DNA of 64,000 nucleotides, taken from positions 1,064 to 65,063 of the IMG/VR virus record IMGVR_UViG_3300020445_001720; one strand, 5' to 3'. The position numbers and the translations under genes were made by a program. Shown piece after piece: positions 28,591-38,024 of this stretch. The notes under the pieces were generated by a model. That model saw nothing but the letters and a program-made list of their open reading frames with translations, ran no database searches and had not been told where the DNA came from. Source of the DNA: a virus. Lineage: Duplodnaviria; Caudoviricetes. The stretch's first letter is position 1. The number at the start of each line of letters is the position of its first letter.

Positions 28591-29307
28591 CTACTCGAAA
28601 AAAGACGATAAACCCTCCAAAACGACATGATTATTAACTTTAGTTTTAGGATTAACTATATCAAACTCATGTTTTAGTTTAGGCATAGTCTCAAAGAAAG
28701 TCTCAATTTTCTTAAATTGCTTAGAATTAAGTTGTTCAAGAAAAGTATGTAATTCTTTCTTTGTACAATCTGAAGCAGCAAATGATTCCTCTGGACTAAA
28801 AACTTGATCTACACAATCAGCAACCAAATTAAAAGTTTCCTCTACTGAAACATCAGTAGAATTAAAATTAGATTTGATAAATTGTCCTAAAGAAGGATAC
28901 TTCAATCTCAAAGTATAACTATCATCTAGCACTACGTCTCTATCATGATCTGGATTAACATCTAACTTTATTTCATCTATATCAACCACAGCAGGAACCT
29001 GTGTAACACCGTCATCAGGACAAGTTATTAAAATTTCAACTTGTTCTCCAACAGATTTACCACGAACATGTAAGAATAGATATTCTATCTCAAAAGTTGG
29101 TAGTCTATCTACTCTAACACCTTTGCTTAGTATACAACTACTAAGAACATCTTTAACAGCACGACCAATCTGTTTCTCATCTTGACTTTCCATTGCTATA
29201 ACAAGAATTTTTTCTTCTTTAACAAGGAAAGGTCTATATTTTACAGTCTTATTTGTAATAGGTAACTTCAACTCATAGGTTGGAGTCGCAATGGTTGGTA
29301 AAGGCAT
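28591..29307 (-). CDS. gp26: Baseplate hub subunit
   Basis: MPLPTIATPTYEL...YRPFLVKEEKIL...EYLFLHVRGKSVGE...FFETMPKL. Confidence 0.92.
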   Translation of the reverse strand: MPLPTIATPTYELKLPITNKTVKYRPFLVKEEKILVIAMESQDEKQIGRAVKDVLSSCILSKGVRVDRLPTFEIEYLFLHVRGKSVGEQVEILITCPDDGVTQVPAVVDIDEIKLDVNPDHDRDVVLDDSYTLRLKYPSLGQFIKSNFNSTDVSVEETFNLVADCVDQVFSPEESFAASDCTKKELHTFLEQLNSKQFKKIETFFETMPKLKHEFDIVNPKTKVNNHVVLEGLSSFFE

Positions 29308-29354
29308 AATAAATTATAACAATTCGTATAGTATATAGGAGAGTTTTTTAAACT

Positions 29355-30260
29355 CTAAGCTTGTGGGTTATATGGATTCCCAGTAAATCCAGGATCTCCT
29401 TGTATGTTAGTATTTCGAAGATATAAAGGAGGAAATGCCGTTGATTCCTGGTTTGAATCTACATTATAAAATGATGACATATTGGTTAGATTAGACCAAT
29501 CTATATTGAATGGATTTGTATCTACCGCATTAAGTACATCAGGTATATTGGCATTCATAGCTCTTAATTCGATATTTTTATTCATTTCTTCAACGGTAAG
29601 ATCATTATTTTTAACACTATTACGATATTTGGATATCCTACCTATAGGTCCAGAAACATAACGAGTATATTCAAAAGTTGCAGAAGCAGTTAAAATTTTA
29701 GACTGATCATATCCAACTTGAACATCAGTTACATTTTGAGGAAATAAATTAAAGAAAGTATATTGCAAATTATCACTATAGTCTCTTTCAAATTTTATTA
29801 TTTGAGTCTGTTCCATCCTATAATCATCAGGATATTGCATCCTAATAAAGTAATTTGTTTTATTTTGGGAAACGGATCCTCTCCTACCAGCAGGAGCATG
29901 AGTTCCACCAGCAATAAATTCCATCCAATGTTCTAAAAATTTTAAAACCTTATATTCCTTATCAACATAAAAAGTAAGTGTAATTGGCACATACATTCTA
30001 CTATGTGCAAACTTTTCAGTTATTCCTGTATACCCACCTGTTACATTAGAAGTTGCAAGAGATGCAAATGGTAATGCAGCAGCATTGCATAATAAACCTA
30101 AATCTCCTCCTATAAATCTTTTATCTACTCCTCTATCTTCTAAGTATCGACTCAAAGATCCACTCATACTACCAAAATTAACTGCGTAATGGGAAGTTTG
30201 TGCAAGATTTGTAAGAGTAGGTTTCAAATCACTTATTCTTCTTGGTCTTTGGTTTGCCAC
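29355..30260 (-). CDS. Tail tube/baseplate tube initiator (gp54/gp19-like fold)
   Basis: LLCNAAALP...ITLTFYVD...FLEHWMEFI...YPDDY...FPQNV; divergent from gp4. Confidence 0.65.
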   Translation of the reverse strand: MANQRPRRISDLKPTLTNLAQTSHYAVNFGSMSGSLSRYLEDRGVDKRFIGGDLGLLCNAAALPFASLATSNVTGGYTGITEKFAHSRMYVPITLTFYVDKEYKVLKFLEHWMEFIAGGTHAPAGRRGSVSQNKTNYFIRMQYPDDYRMEQTQIIKFERDYSDNLQYTFFNLFPQNVTDVQVGYDQSKILTASATFEYTRYVSGPIGRISKYRNSVKNNDLTVEEMNKNIELRAMNANIPDVLNAVDTNPFNIDWSNLTNMSSFYNVDSNQESTAFPPLYLRNTNIQGDPGFTGNPYNPQA

Positions 30261-30261
30261 A

Positions 30262-30298
30262 CTAAATATCTATTATGAGTTTAATTATACTTATTTAG
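30262..30298. promoter_or_regulatory. Pair of oppositely oriented late-promoter motifs (CTAAATA)
   Basis: CTAAATA on + at 30262-30268 (towards gp4) and on - at 30292-30298 (towards the gp54-like gene). Confidence 0.65.
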
Positions 30299-30299
30299 C

Positions 30300-30734
30300 A
30301 TGACATATAAAGGAAAATACCGTCCATCTCATCCAGAAAAGTATAAAGGTAATCCTATGAAAATAGTGTATCGTTCATTATGGGAAAGAAAATTTATGGT
30401 TTATTGTGATAAAAATAGAAACATATTAGAATGGTGGAGCGAAGAAGTTGCTATTCCTTACAGATCACCTATTGATAGAAGAGTTCATAGATACTTCCCA
30501 GATTTTTATATTAAAGTAAAAGAATCTCATAATAAAATTAAATCATACCTTATAGAGGTAAAACCTAAAAAACAAACAAAACCTCCCATAAAACCAAAGA
30601 GACAAACAAAAGGTTACATTCGTGAAGCATATGAATATGCTAAAAATCAATCAAAATGGAAAGCAGCAGCAGAATATTGTTTAGATCGTGGGTGGGAATT
30701 TAAAGTAATTACAGAAAAAGAACTAGGAGTATGA
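30300..30734 (+). CDS. gp4: Head completion nuclease (TnsA-like)
   Basis: YKGKYRP..PEKYKG...YRSLWERKFM...WWSEE..IPY...HRYFPDF...EVKP. Confidence 0.95.
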   Translation: MTYKGKYRPSHPEKYKGNPMKIVYRSLWERKFMVYCDKNRNILEWWSEEVAIPYRSPIDRRVHRYFPDFYIKVKESHNKIKSYLIEVKPKKQTKPPIKPKRQTKGYIREAYEYAKNQSKWKAAAEYCLDRGWEFKVITEKELGV

Positions 30735-31075
30735 GTAGACTATCTGAAATATTAAAAGAATATACAGGTTCAGAGGATGTTGATGATGTATACCAAGAAG
30801 TTCTAGGTGTATTGTCAGAAGGAGATGTTCCTCAGATCGGAAAGTATTACACCTTTGTATATCGTCCCAAAACACCCAACTTAAGATATGATGAATATCC
30901 TTTAGTAGCAGTTACAAGTATATTTGATTGGGGATTCAAAGGAATTAATTTCCATTGGGGAGAATCAAGACAATATACCTTTCCAGAAATAATAGGTGGT
31001 TTATATAATATAACTGATCTAGAGATAGATGACGCAAGAAATTTATCTTTCGGTAAATATCGGCTAAATAGATAA
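30731..31075 (+). CDS. gp2: DNA end protector-like protein (short)
   Basis: GKYYTFVYRPKT...YDEYPLV...GFKGINFHW; follows gp4. Confidence 0.7.
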   Translation: MSRLSEILKEYTGSEDVDDVYQEVLGVLSEGDVPQIGKYYTFVYRPKTPNLRYDEYPLVAVTSIFDWGFKGINFHWGESRQYTFPEIIGGLYNITDLEIDDARNLSFGKYRLNR

Positions 31076-31085
31076 AAAGAAATAA

Positions 31086-32168
31086 ATGGCAGAGAATACA
31101 ATAACAGATTTAGAAGGTTACTATGATTCTATAAAGGATTCTGGCATATTTTCAGAGGAAGCACAAAGTAGCTTTGATCCTACATTCGGTTTCACAGGTT
31201 CATCAGCAGATGCTGCTAAGGCATTCGCAGAAAATTCAAATCTAAGTAATGAAACAGGACCTTCTGACGGAATACCAAGATCATCTGCACCGTTTAGATA
31301 TCCTTATACAAAAATAGATGAACATGATGATTATATGAAACTTGAGATAGTTGAATTTGTTGCGCCAGGTTTAGATAGAATTTCAGATAATGAATTTAAT
31401 TTAAAAACTAGTGACCATATTGCGAAAAAAGATATTCTTTATACAATAATGCTACCAGTACCACAAGGACTAGAAGATACTAAAGGTGCGAATTGGTCAG
31501 ATGGTAATATGGGTCCAGCAGAAGCAATGATAGCATCTGTTGTTAAAAAAGGTATGACAACAGATGGTAGTATTGCTAGTATGGCAGGAGGTGCTTTTAG
31601 TGAACTACAGTCCCAATTAACTCAGTTAGGACAAGCAGATAGATCAGTAGTAGGTAATATGCTTACAGGAACAACTGCATCTTTAGTTGCAAATGCACTA
31701 ACAGGGTCGGGTGCTAATTTCTTTGGTAGAGAAACTGGATTAACAGTAAACAAAAACCAACAATTATTATTTGATGGTATTACGGGAAGAAATTTTTCCT
31801 TTAGTTGGGATATGGTTCCAAGAAATAATAAAGAAGCTGATCAAATAAAAATTATTATTAGAATTCTTAAACAAGCAATGTCTCCCCAAAGAGGAGGAAC
31901 AGCAACTGTAAAGGGTCTATTTTTAAAGTCACCAGATATATTTTATCTAACATACATGCACGGAAAAGATATGCATCCTTTCTTAAATGCTTTTAAACCA
32001 TGTGCACTTACTGGTCTAAGTGTGAACTATACAGGTTCTGGTACATATGCTACATATCGTGATGGAACTCCTGTACATTTAAGTTTAAGTTTAAATTTCG
32101 CAGAACTAACTGCCGTATACAGAGACGATTATGCAGGACCAAATTCAGGAGATGGAGTAGGATACTAA
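31086..32168 (+). CDS. gp48: Baseplate tail tube cap
   Basis: FRYP...QLLFDGITGRNFSFSWDMVPRN..EA..I..II...SPDIF...KPCALT...VNYT; CTAAATA upstream. Confidence 0.88.
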   Translation: MAENTITDLEGYYDSIKDSGIFSEEAQSSFDPTFGFTGSSADAAKAFAENSNLSNETGPSDGIPRSSAPFRYPYTKIDEHDDYMKLEIVEFVAPGLDRISDNEFNLKTSDHIAKKDILYTIMLPVPQGLEDTKGANWSDGNMGPAEAMIASVVKKGMTTDGSIASMAGGAFSELQSQLTQLGQADRSVVGNMLTGTTASLVANALTGSGANFFGRETGLTVNKNQQLLFDGITGRNFSFSWDMVPRNNKEADQIKIIIRILKQAMSPQRGGTATVKGLFLKSPDIFYLTYMHGKDMHPFLNAFKPCALTGLSVNYTGSGTYATYRDGTPVHLSLSLNFAELTAVYRDDYAGPNSGDGVGY

Positions 32169-32824
32169 TGGGATTTTTTAGAGAATTACCAAATATTGAA
32201 TATCTGTCTGTACTATCAGATAGAAACTCATCATTAGATTATGTTAAAGTTAAAAATTTATTTCGTCGTGTAAAAATAAGAGATGATTTAAAACAATACT
32301 TTACTATCTTTGATAGAATAACTATAAAGGATGGTTATCGTCCTGATCAAATTGCAGAACAAGTATATAGAAATCCAGATCTTGATTGGGTAGTCTTACT
32401 AACTGCAGGAATAGTTAATGTAAATAATGAATGGCCATTAACCAGTAATGAATTATATGAATTCTCTCTTAATAAGTATGGTGAGAATTTAAATGCAACA
32501 AAACACTATGAAACAATAGAGATTAGAGATGCAAATAATAGATTAATCTTACCTAAAGGTCAAATAGTAGACTCAGATTTCTCTATACCAGATCCTACCA
32601 ACCCTCTCACTGATTTAACAGGTAATGCAATTAGAATAGGTTTATCATACTATCAATATGAAACTCGTGTAAATGAAAAGAAAAGACAAATTGAATTATT
32701 AAAACCAGATTACCTATCTCAGTTTTTAAAAGATATGAGAAAAATTATGAAGTACACTAAATCATCTCAATATGTAAGTACTCGATTAATAAGAACATCT
32801 AATAGTAGAATAAAATCTCCATAA
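32168..32824 (+). CDS. gp53: Baseplate wedge subunit
   Basis: FFRELPNIEY...KNLFRR...RPDQIAEQVY...DWVVLL...EWPL...YE..NEKKRQI. Confidence 0.92.
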   Translation: MGFFRELPNIEYLSVLSDRNSSLDYVKVKNLFRRVKIRDDLKQYFTIFDRITIKDGYRPDQIAEQVYRNPDLDWVVLLTAGIVNVNNEWPLTSNELYEFSLNKYGENLNATKHYETIEIRDANNRLILPKGQIVDSDFSIPDPTNPLTDLTGNAIRIGLSYYQYETRVNEKKRQIELLKPDYLSQFLKDMRKIMKYTKSSQYVSTRLIRTSNSRIKSP

Positions 32825-32943
32825 AAAAAGGAGCCCCCATCAGGACCCCAATATTCTGGTTCTCTTGGATCTATTCTTGGATCCCACCAAAAGAATCCAA
32901 GTTGATGCAACCTAACATGCATCAGTGGTTTTTTTAATTCCAT
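32767..32943 (-). CDS. Possible 58-aa hypothetical protein
   Basis: GGAGAGG Shine-Dalgarno then MELKKPLMHVRLHQLGFFWWDPRIDPREPEYWG...; 3' end overlaps gp53 antisense. Confidence 0.5.
   Translation of the reverse strand: MELKKPLMHVRLHQLGFFWWDPRIDPREPEYWGPDGGSFFYGDFILLLDVLINRVLTY
32823..32850 (-). terminator. Rho-independent terminator-like hairpin at the convergence with gp53
   Basis: GGGGTCC-loop-GGGCTCC followed by T7 on the minus strand (G-U pairs needed). Confidence 0.55.
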
Positions 32944-32956
32944 TTCCTCTCCAATA

Positions 32957-32986
32957 GAAAAAAAGGGTCTTTATAGACCCTTTTCT
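32957..32986 (-). terminator. Rho-independent terminator after gp32 (possibly bidirectional)
   Basis: AAAAGGGTCT-TTAT-AGACCCTTTT inverted repeat with A/T tracts on both sides. Confidence 0.85.
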
Positions 32987-33001
32987 AATATATTCTATTT
33001 A

Positions 33002-33892
33002 TCATTCTTGTGCTAGTTTAGCAAAATATGATAACGCATCATCCTCATCTTCAGTAGATGGTGTTGCTTGAGTTGCAGCAGTAACTAATTCTTCTGCAGA
33101 ACCACGACCATCATCTTCACGTTCCAGATCTTCTGTTTGTTGTACACGAGTAGTTCCAAGTCTTAAAACAGATTCAAGTCTCTTCTTCAAATCTTCATAT
33201 GATTTGAATTGATCAGCAGCAACAAACTCCTCAAGAGAGTATTGCTTTTTCCAGATCGCTTCAAGAGCATCGTCATCATCAAGTAATGGAGTTACAGCAG
33301 CAAATTCAGAACTATCATAGTTTCTGTATCCTGCTACGTTCTTTGCCTTCAACTTGAAGTTAGCACCTTGCCAGAAATCGAATGGATCGATTGCTTCCTC
33401 GTCCTCAAACTCAGGTTGCATTGCTGCTGTGAGTTTGTCAAAGATCTTCTTACCGAACTTATATAAGAATACTTTACCTTCGTTCTCAGGGTTTGTAGGA
33501 TCCTTTACAACGTAGATATTACTAACGTAAGTCAACTTACGTTTCTGCTTTCTAGCAGTTTCTTTACCTGCATCAGTTCCATTGTTCCATAGTTCTGAAT
33601 TGTATTCAGACACTGGATCTTTCTGTCCTAATGTGGTTAAAGAGTTTTCGATATACCAACCGCCAGGACCTTGGAAAGCATGGGAGTATAGTTTTACGAA
33701 TGGGAGATCTTCCTTGTCAGGGGGTGGAAGAAAACGTATAACAGCATAGCCATTACCACTTTTGTCTACGTCTAATTTCCATAAACGGTCATCTCCTGCT
33801 GTACCGTTATTATTCATTTTTTCGACTTCCTTAACTAACTTTGCAGTTAAAGATCCTAATTTAGATTGCTTTTTAAGATTAGCAAACGACAT
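33002..33892 (-). CDS. gp32: Single-stranded DNA-binding protein
   Basis: DDRLWKL..DKSGNGYAVIRFLP...HAFQGPGGWYIEN...GANFKLK...NYDSSEF, acidic tail. Confidence 0.97.
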   Translation of the reverse strand: MSFANLKKQSKLGSLTAKLVKEVEKMNNNGTAGDDRLWKLDVDKSGNGYAVIRFLPPPDKEDLPFVKLYSHAFQGPGGWYIENSLTTLGQKDPVSEYNSELWNNGTDAGKETARKQKRKLTYVSNIYVVKDPTNPENEGKVFLYKFGKKIFDKLTAAMQPEFEDEEAIDPFDFWQGANFKLKAKNVAGYRNYDSSEFAAVTPLLDDDDALEAIWKKQYSLEEFVAADQFKSYEDLKKRLESVLRLGTTRVQQTEDLEREDDGRGSAEELVTAATQATPSTEDEDDALSYFAKLAQE

Positions 33893-33932
33893 TTAGATTA
33901 CCTCGGATTAATTGGATTAATTGGATGTTTGG

Positions 33933-33961
33933 ATTATAGCAGAGAAATTATTAAAAGTCAA
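33933..33961 (-). promoter_or_regulatory. sigma70-like promoter of gp32
   Basis: TTGACT-17 nt-TATAAT with TG extension. Confidence 0.85.
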
Positions 33962-34291
33962 TCATTTAATGTTTTCTTTTAATGTTTGAATAGTATCATT
34001 CATACAATTAAACAAGATCTGCATATCAGTACCAGGTGGGAAACCCATATGATTAATGGATTTCTGCAACGTTTGTTGCATTTGTTTTGCCTCTGGCGAA
34101 TCTGAAAGAGACAGTCTAGTATACATAACTTTCTGCTTTTCTAATAATGTAATTAGTTTGTCAACGTGTTTAACCTTATCTTCACGAGACATCATTGGAT
34201 ACGCAAATGCACGAGAGTACACTTGTTCTTGCAACTTATTGATCTCAGTAAGTTCTTTTTTAACTATTTCGGAATCAAAAAAATTACTCAT
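33962..34291 (-). CDS. DUF1825-like cyanobacterial/cyanophage protein
   Basis: FFDSEIV...L.EKQ..MYTRLSLSD.PEA. Confidence 0.75.
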   Translation of the reverse strand: MSNFFDSEIVKKELTEINKLQEQVYSRAFAYPMMSREDKVKHVDKLITLLEKQKVMYTRLSLSDSPEAKQMQQTLQKSINHMGFPPGTDMQILFNCMNDTIQTLKENIK

Positions 34292-34889
34292 CTAACGCAT
34301 CTCTTAAAATTTTTTTATAGTTAAATACATTAATATTTAGGAAAGGATTATATTTCTTTATCTTTAAACTAACAGATTCCCACACTGGATCTTGCAACTT
34401 CTTATCAAAGTTTTTTCTGAAAGAAAAGACTTTTTCCAGTATGATAAGCGTTTCTAGCGAGGTCTCTCCACCCAGATAACTTTTTAACAATAGGGGATGA
34501 CCCTTTGAGCAATCGAACACTGTTTCTAAGTCTCTCTCTGAGAGTAATTTCTGGGATTGCTCCTTGAAAATATAGGTCAAACTCTGTATTCGTCTCATCC
34601 ACTCTGCGTAGATTCTTTCTCCACTGTTGATTATCTCTCCGATCCATAGGTTTTGGGGGGTGTCTGTGTTTATAAAATTTGCTAAAAGAAAGTTTAGCAC
34701 TTCTTCATCCGAATACTTTCGGGATGTTTTCTCAAACCAATATTTGTCCTTCCTTTTATTAAAGGATGTCATAGTAGCACGAGACTTACCACCATATTTA
34801 AAAAAATCATACTTACTATTAGTAAAATGACTTTTCATAGAGAGATAAGTTTGATAAGTCTCAAAAGGTGTCACTTTCGTCTTCATCAT
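34284..34889 (-). CDS. gp59: Helicase loader
   Basis: YLSMKSHFT..KYDFFKY.GK...FNKRKDKYWFEK...SLET; start moved to the ATG at 34889. Confidence 0.9.
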   Translation of the reverse strand: MMKTKVTPFETYQTYLSMKSHFTNSKYDFFKYGGKSRATMTSFNKRKDKYWFEKTSRKYSDEEVLNFLLANFINTDTPQNLWIGEIINSGERIYAEWMRRIQSLTYIFKEQSQKLLSERDLETVFDCSKGHPLLLKSYLGGETSLETLIILEKVFSFRKNFDKKLQDPVWESVSLKIKKYNPFLNINVFNYKKILRDALDE

Positions 34890-35073
34890 GTTGTTCCACA
34901 TTATCTAGTTCTGTTATAGAATCAACAGGAACTTCATGTCCGTTAATACTATACCAATGTTGATTCACACCTATAATATCAGGTTTAACACCTAGATATT
35001 CAAGTTCAGGAAAATTATGTTCACGCAACATCGCTTGAAGACGATGATGCATTAATTCGGATTTGGTAGGCAT
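34861..35073 (-). CDS. Hypothetical cyanophage protein
   Basis: 70-aa ORF overlapping both neighbours in operon fashion. Confidence 0.7.
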   Translation of the reverse strand: MPTKSELMHHRLQAMLREHNFPELEYLGVKPDIIGVNQHWYSINGHEVPVDSITELDNVEQHDEDESDTF

Positions 35074-35636
35074 CTATGCAAGAAATTAAATGAAATAGAA
35101 ATTCTTGGTTCAGTTTTATTTTGATTTGGTTGAACACCATGTCTTACATGTGAAGGAAAAAGATATACTGTTCCTTCCTCACATGGCATCCACCAACCAT
35201 CAGAAGTGTAAGGATTATTGTCTCCAGCAACTGTCCACGGATTTTGAAAATCTGCAGTAGGATTTTGAAACTGAATATAACCACAATCAGAAGGAGTTTT
35301 TACATAGTAAACACCACTAATAATTGATTGATTATGGGAATGAGTCCAATTAAAGTCCCGATATCTATTAACATTGACCCACATGTTATTGATAACAACT
35401 GGTGCAATATCAATCCTTTGACACAAATCATTACCAAAATTGGTAAGTTTATTGTAAAGGTGTTCTAAAACTTCTGGAGGATCAATGATATCATTTGACT
35501 GATATCCTCCCTGATTACTTACAATTCTTCCCTCACCATTCTCCTCCATATCCAAAGCCCAGTCAACAATTTTTTCATTATCAAGATTTAATTGTTCACT
35601 TGCAAGATATGTAACGAAGAGGTCGCGTAAACGCAT
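35052..35636 (-). CDS. Putative 2OG-Fe(II) oxygenase (TIGR02466-like)
   Basis: WVNVN...HSH...SGVYYV...LFPS...HGV.PN...RISISFN. Confidence 0.88.
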   Translation of the reverse strand: MRLRDLFVTYLASEQLNLDNEKIVDWALDMEENGEGRIVSNQGGYQSNDIIDPPEVLEHLYNKLTNFGNDLCQRIDIAPVVINNMWVNVNRYRDFNWTHSHNQSIISGVYYVKTPSDCGYIQFQNPTADFQNPWTVAGDNNPYTSDGWWMPCEEGTVYLFPSHVRHGVQPNQNKTEPRISISFNFLHRCLPNPN

Positions 35637-35896
35637 TATAAGGGTAGTTTTGCTCTTGATGTAGGTTTCATATAGTTAAGACGAGTTGCGTCCCACTTAA
35701 GTCTTTCTTTCAAAGGTTTTGAAATAAGTCTTGTTATTGATTCTACCTCAAGTGCATTAATTTCGCAATAGTAGCAGATAGCATCAATATAATTGAATTC
35801 TTCTTCTGCTACGATTTTTTCAATCTCCATAGCAAATTTCTGAGGAGTCAAAAATTTACTCTCAATTGCTTTTTCTAATTCTTTATTTGGTTCCAT
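35636..35896 (-). CDS. gp33: Late-promoter transcription coactivator
   Basis: KFAMEIEKIV...YIDAI..YCE...LISKPLKERL...LNY...AKLPL; likely start MEPNK at 35896. Confidence 0.9.
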   Translation of the reverse strand: MEPNKELEKAIESKFLTPQKFAMEIEKIVAEEEFNYIDAICYYCEINALEVESITRLISKPLKERLKWDATRLNYMKPTSRAKLPL

Positions 35897-36566
35897 AGAG
35901 GTCAAGTTTATCCCCAACAAATTTTCTAATATACTTGGTGAGGAGTTTAATGTACTTTGTTTTGTCATACTCTTCATAAACGACGCATTCTCCATTTTCA
36001 CATGCCATGATAATTACAAGTTTTTTAACAGATATTCCTGTTAATTCATAAAGCATACAACCGTATGCCATTGCTTGGACGAAATAATGTTCGACCCATT
36101 CTCTGGGTTTAGGTTTTTTAGACGTTTTAAAATCTATTATAGATAACTCTCCATTATATTCAGCAATACAATCAACAGTTCCAGCAATACCTAATTCTTT
36201 ACTATATAGGGCACCTTCCAGAGAATAGATGTTATCTATTTTCTTTAGTTTTCCCTTTGATATTTTAAAAAGGAAATCTGATATAGGAGGAACTTCAGGA
36301 AGATCTTTATCGTTCTTCAAATAGTGTTCCGTAAGAGTGTGCATATTAGTCCCACGGGTTGTAGCCGCTTTCGTAATACGATCTGCCTCTTCATTACCTA
36401 CTCTCTTTCGCCAGTTAACAAAGATTTCTTTATTAAAATGACTAGTGATGGAAGTAATAGAAACTAATTTAAGTAACTCATCTTCGTCTGGAACTGAATA
36501 ATAACGAACCCCATCTATGGTTTCCCTAGAAAGTTTGGGGAGATTCAAATCAACATGTGTAAACAT
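35883..36566 (-). CDS. PD-(D/E)XK exonuclease
   Basis: SITS...WRKRVG...RGT.MH...AGTVDCIAEY...IIDFKTS...Q..AY. Confidence 0.88.
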   Translation of the reverse strand: MFTHVDLNLPKLSRETIDGVRYYSVPDEDELLKLVSITSITSHFNKEIFVNWRKRVGNEEADRITKAATTRGTNMHTLTEHYLKNDKDLPEVPPISDFLFKISKGKLKKIDNIYSLEGALYSKELGIAGTVDCIAEYNGELSIIDFKTSKKPKPREWVEHYFVQAMAYGCMLYELTGISVKKLVIIMACENGECVVYEEYDKTKYIKLLTKYIRKFVGDKLDLYGTK

Positions 36567-37318
36567 TACATACCCATTTCAAGTTTGGCGACAAGATATT
36601 CTTTCACAAGTCCAGAACGTATTATATCGTCTAAACCAAATTCAATAATATCAACTGAAGGCATTGTTGATAATATTTTCATAAAATCAACAATACCATT
36701 TCTGTCATTGGTTTTAGTAAGATCTGATTGAGTAGCATCTCCACAGAACATAATCTTACTATTATCTCCAACTCTTGTCATTATACTATCTAATTCATGA
36801 AAATTCAAGTTTTGAAATTCATCAACTATAACAATTGAATTATCAAGAGTTGTTCCTCTGATAAAAGATGTTGACCAGAATTTGATAGATCCCTGTGCTT
36901 TTAGATTGCCATAGAGCATTTCAAAGTCTGCATCAGATGGCATCTGAAACATATATTTTACCATATGTTTATATGGAATTTGATATATGTCTGCTTTATC
37001 TTCATGATCACCAGGCAAAAATCCAATCTCCCTTGTAGAAACTAGAGATCTTACAAGATATATCGTTTCGTAAGGTGTATCATCACTCAATACATCTTTG
37101 ATTGCATTATAAAGAGTGATAAATGTTTTTCCTGTTCCCGCAACACCATATGCAATTATATTTTTTCCTTCAGAGTATGAATTAAACAATTCTGTCTGAT
37201 GGTCAGTTAATGGATTTACCCCTGTGAGATAGTGTGTATTTAAAGGTTTTTTTCTCTTCATTTGCTTGGTAGTTAGTCCTACACCAATTGGTTGCTCTGC
37301 TTTCTTTTTACGTGCCAT
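36566..37318 (-). CDS. phoH: PhoH-family ATPase
   Basis: GVAGTGKT, REIGFLPG, FIRGTTL, DEFQN, GDATQSDL, RSGLVKEY. Confidence 0.96.
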   Translation of the reverse strand: MARKKKAEQPIGVGLTTKQMKRKKPLNTHYLTGVNPLTDHQTELFNSYSEGKNIIAYGVAGTGKTFITLYNAIKDVLSDDTPYETIYLVRSLVSTREIGFLPGDHEDKADIYQIPYKHMVKYMFQMPSDADFEMLYGNLKAQGSIKFWSTSFIRGTTLDNSIVIVDEFQNLNFHELDSIMTRVGDNSKIMFCGDATQSDLTKTNDRNGIVDFMKILSTMPSVDIIEFGLDDIIRSGLVKEYLVAKLEMGM

Positions 37319-37567
37319 TTATAAAAGTTTCACTCCCGACCTAGGTGCTTTCTGTACTTTTCTAAGTACATCATTCCAACCAGGTTTTGATTTTCTTAAT
37401 TTATCTTTCCATTCTCCAACTTCTCCTACGCCAGGCATAGTAGAGGGATCAGAATAATCTCTCTTCCAATCGGGATTATCATCACACCACTTCGTCCAGT
37501 CATGAACACTCATGACAACTTCTTTTTGTTCTCCAGTTTTTGAATTAACAACGGGATATGTAGCCAT
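37319..37567 (-). CDS. Conserved small T4-like protein upstream of phoH
   Basis: MATYPV.N..TGE...GWNDVL.KV...P. Confidence 0.75.
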   Translation of the reverse strand: MATYPVVNSKTGEQKEVVMSVHDWTKWCDDNPDWKRDYSDPSTMPGVGEVGEWKDKLRKSKPGWNDVLRKVQKAPRSGVKLL

Positions 37568-37591
37568 AATAATTATGCGTTATAAAAGTAT

Positions 37592-38023
37592 TTAGTTCAG
37601 AGAGGTAGTATTGGGATCAATATACTGTGCCTTAGTTTTTCCAGAGTCTCCAATTAAACCATGTCCCCAAACAGTTTCTTCAGTGATTGTAGCACCCTCT
37701 TCAAGATCTTGTCTACTCATCATATCATTAATCATCCTCTTCATTTTATCTTCTTCCAATTTTACTTCATTTTCATGCTCTTTTATTTTATCCATACCCC
37801 ATTTATAAACAGTTTCTTCAAAATTCATCGTTTTTGCAAAAGGAACATAATCTTTTATACTTGTTGGTCTAGGTAATGCAACTATCACTTGTGATTTTAC
37901 TAAAAACTTATTATTTTCAGTTTCTTCATGAAGAGCATATGTAAATTCTATGTTAGAAACCATTCTAGGAAGATATGCATGATCTTCAAGTTTACACTTT
38001 ATTAAATACCATTTAAATTCCAT
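37592..38023 (-). CDS. Hypothetical protein
   Basis: 143-aa ORF tightly packed after thyX. Confidence 0.7.
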   Translation of the reverse strand: MEFKWYLIKCKLEDHAYLPRMVSNIEFTYALHEETENNKFLVKSQVIVALPRPTSIKDYVPFAKTMNFEETVYKWGMDKIKEHENEVKLEEDKMKRMINDMMSRQDLEEGATITEETVWGHGLIGDSGKTKAQYIDPNTTSLN

Positions 38024-38024
38024 T

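Noticed and set aside
35897-36001. N-terminal extensions of gp33 (likewise tracked starts at 39409, 40560, 41150, 43286)
   Set aside because: Longest-ORF artefacts overlapping upstream genes or a terminator; downstream ATGs fit better
35883-36566. Cas4-like nuclease suggesting CRISPR-Cas
   Set aside because: Standard T4-like PD-(D/E)XK exonuclease in the phoH-exo-gp33 context; no Fe-S Cys cluster, cas genes or array
37319-37600. Pho box upstream of phoH
   Set aside because: No convincing tandem PhoB-type direct repeat seen; only a late-promoter-like CTAAATA near 37589-37595
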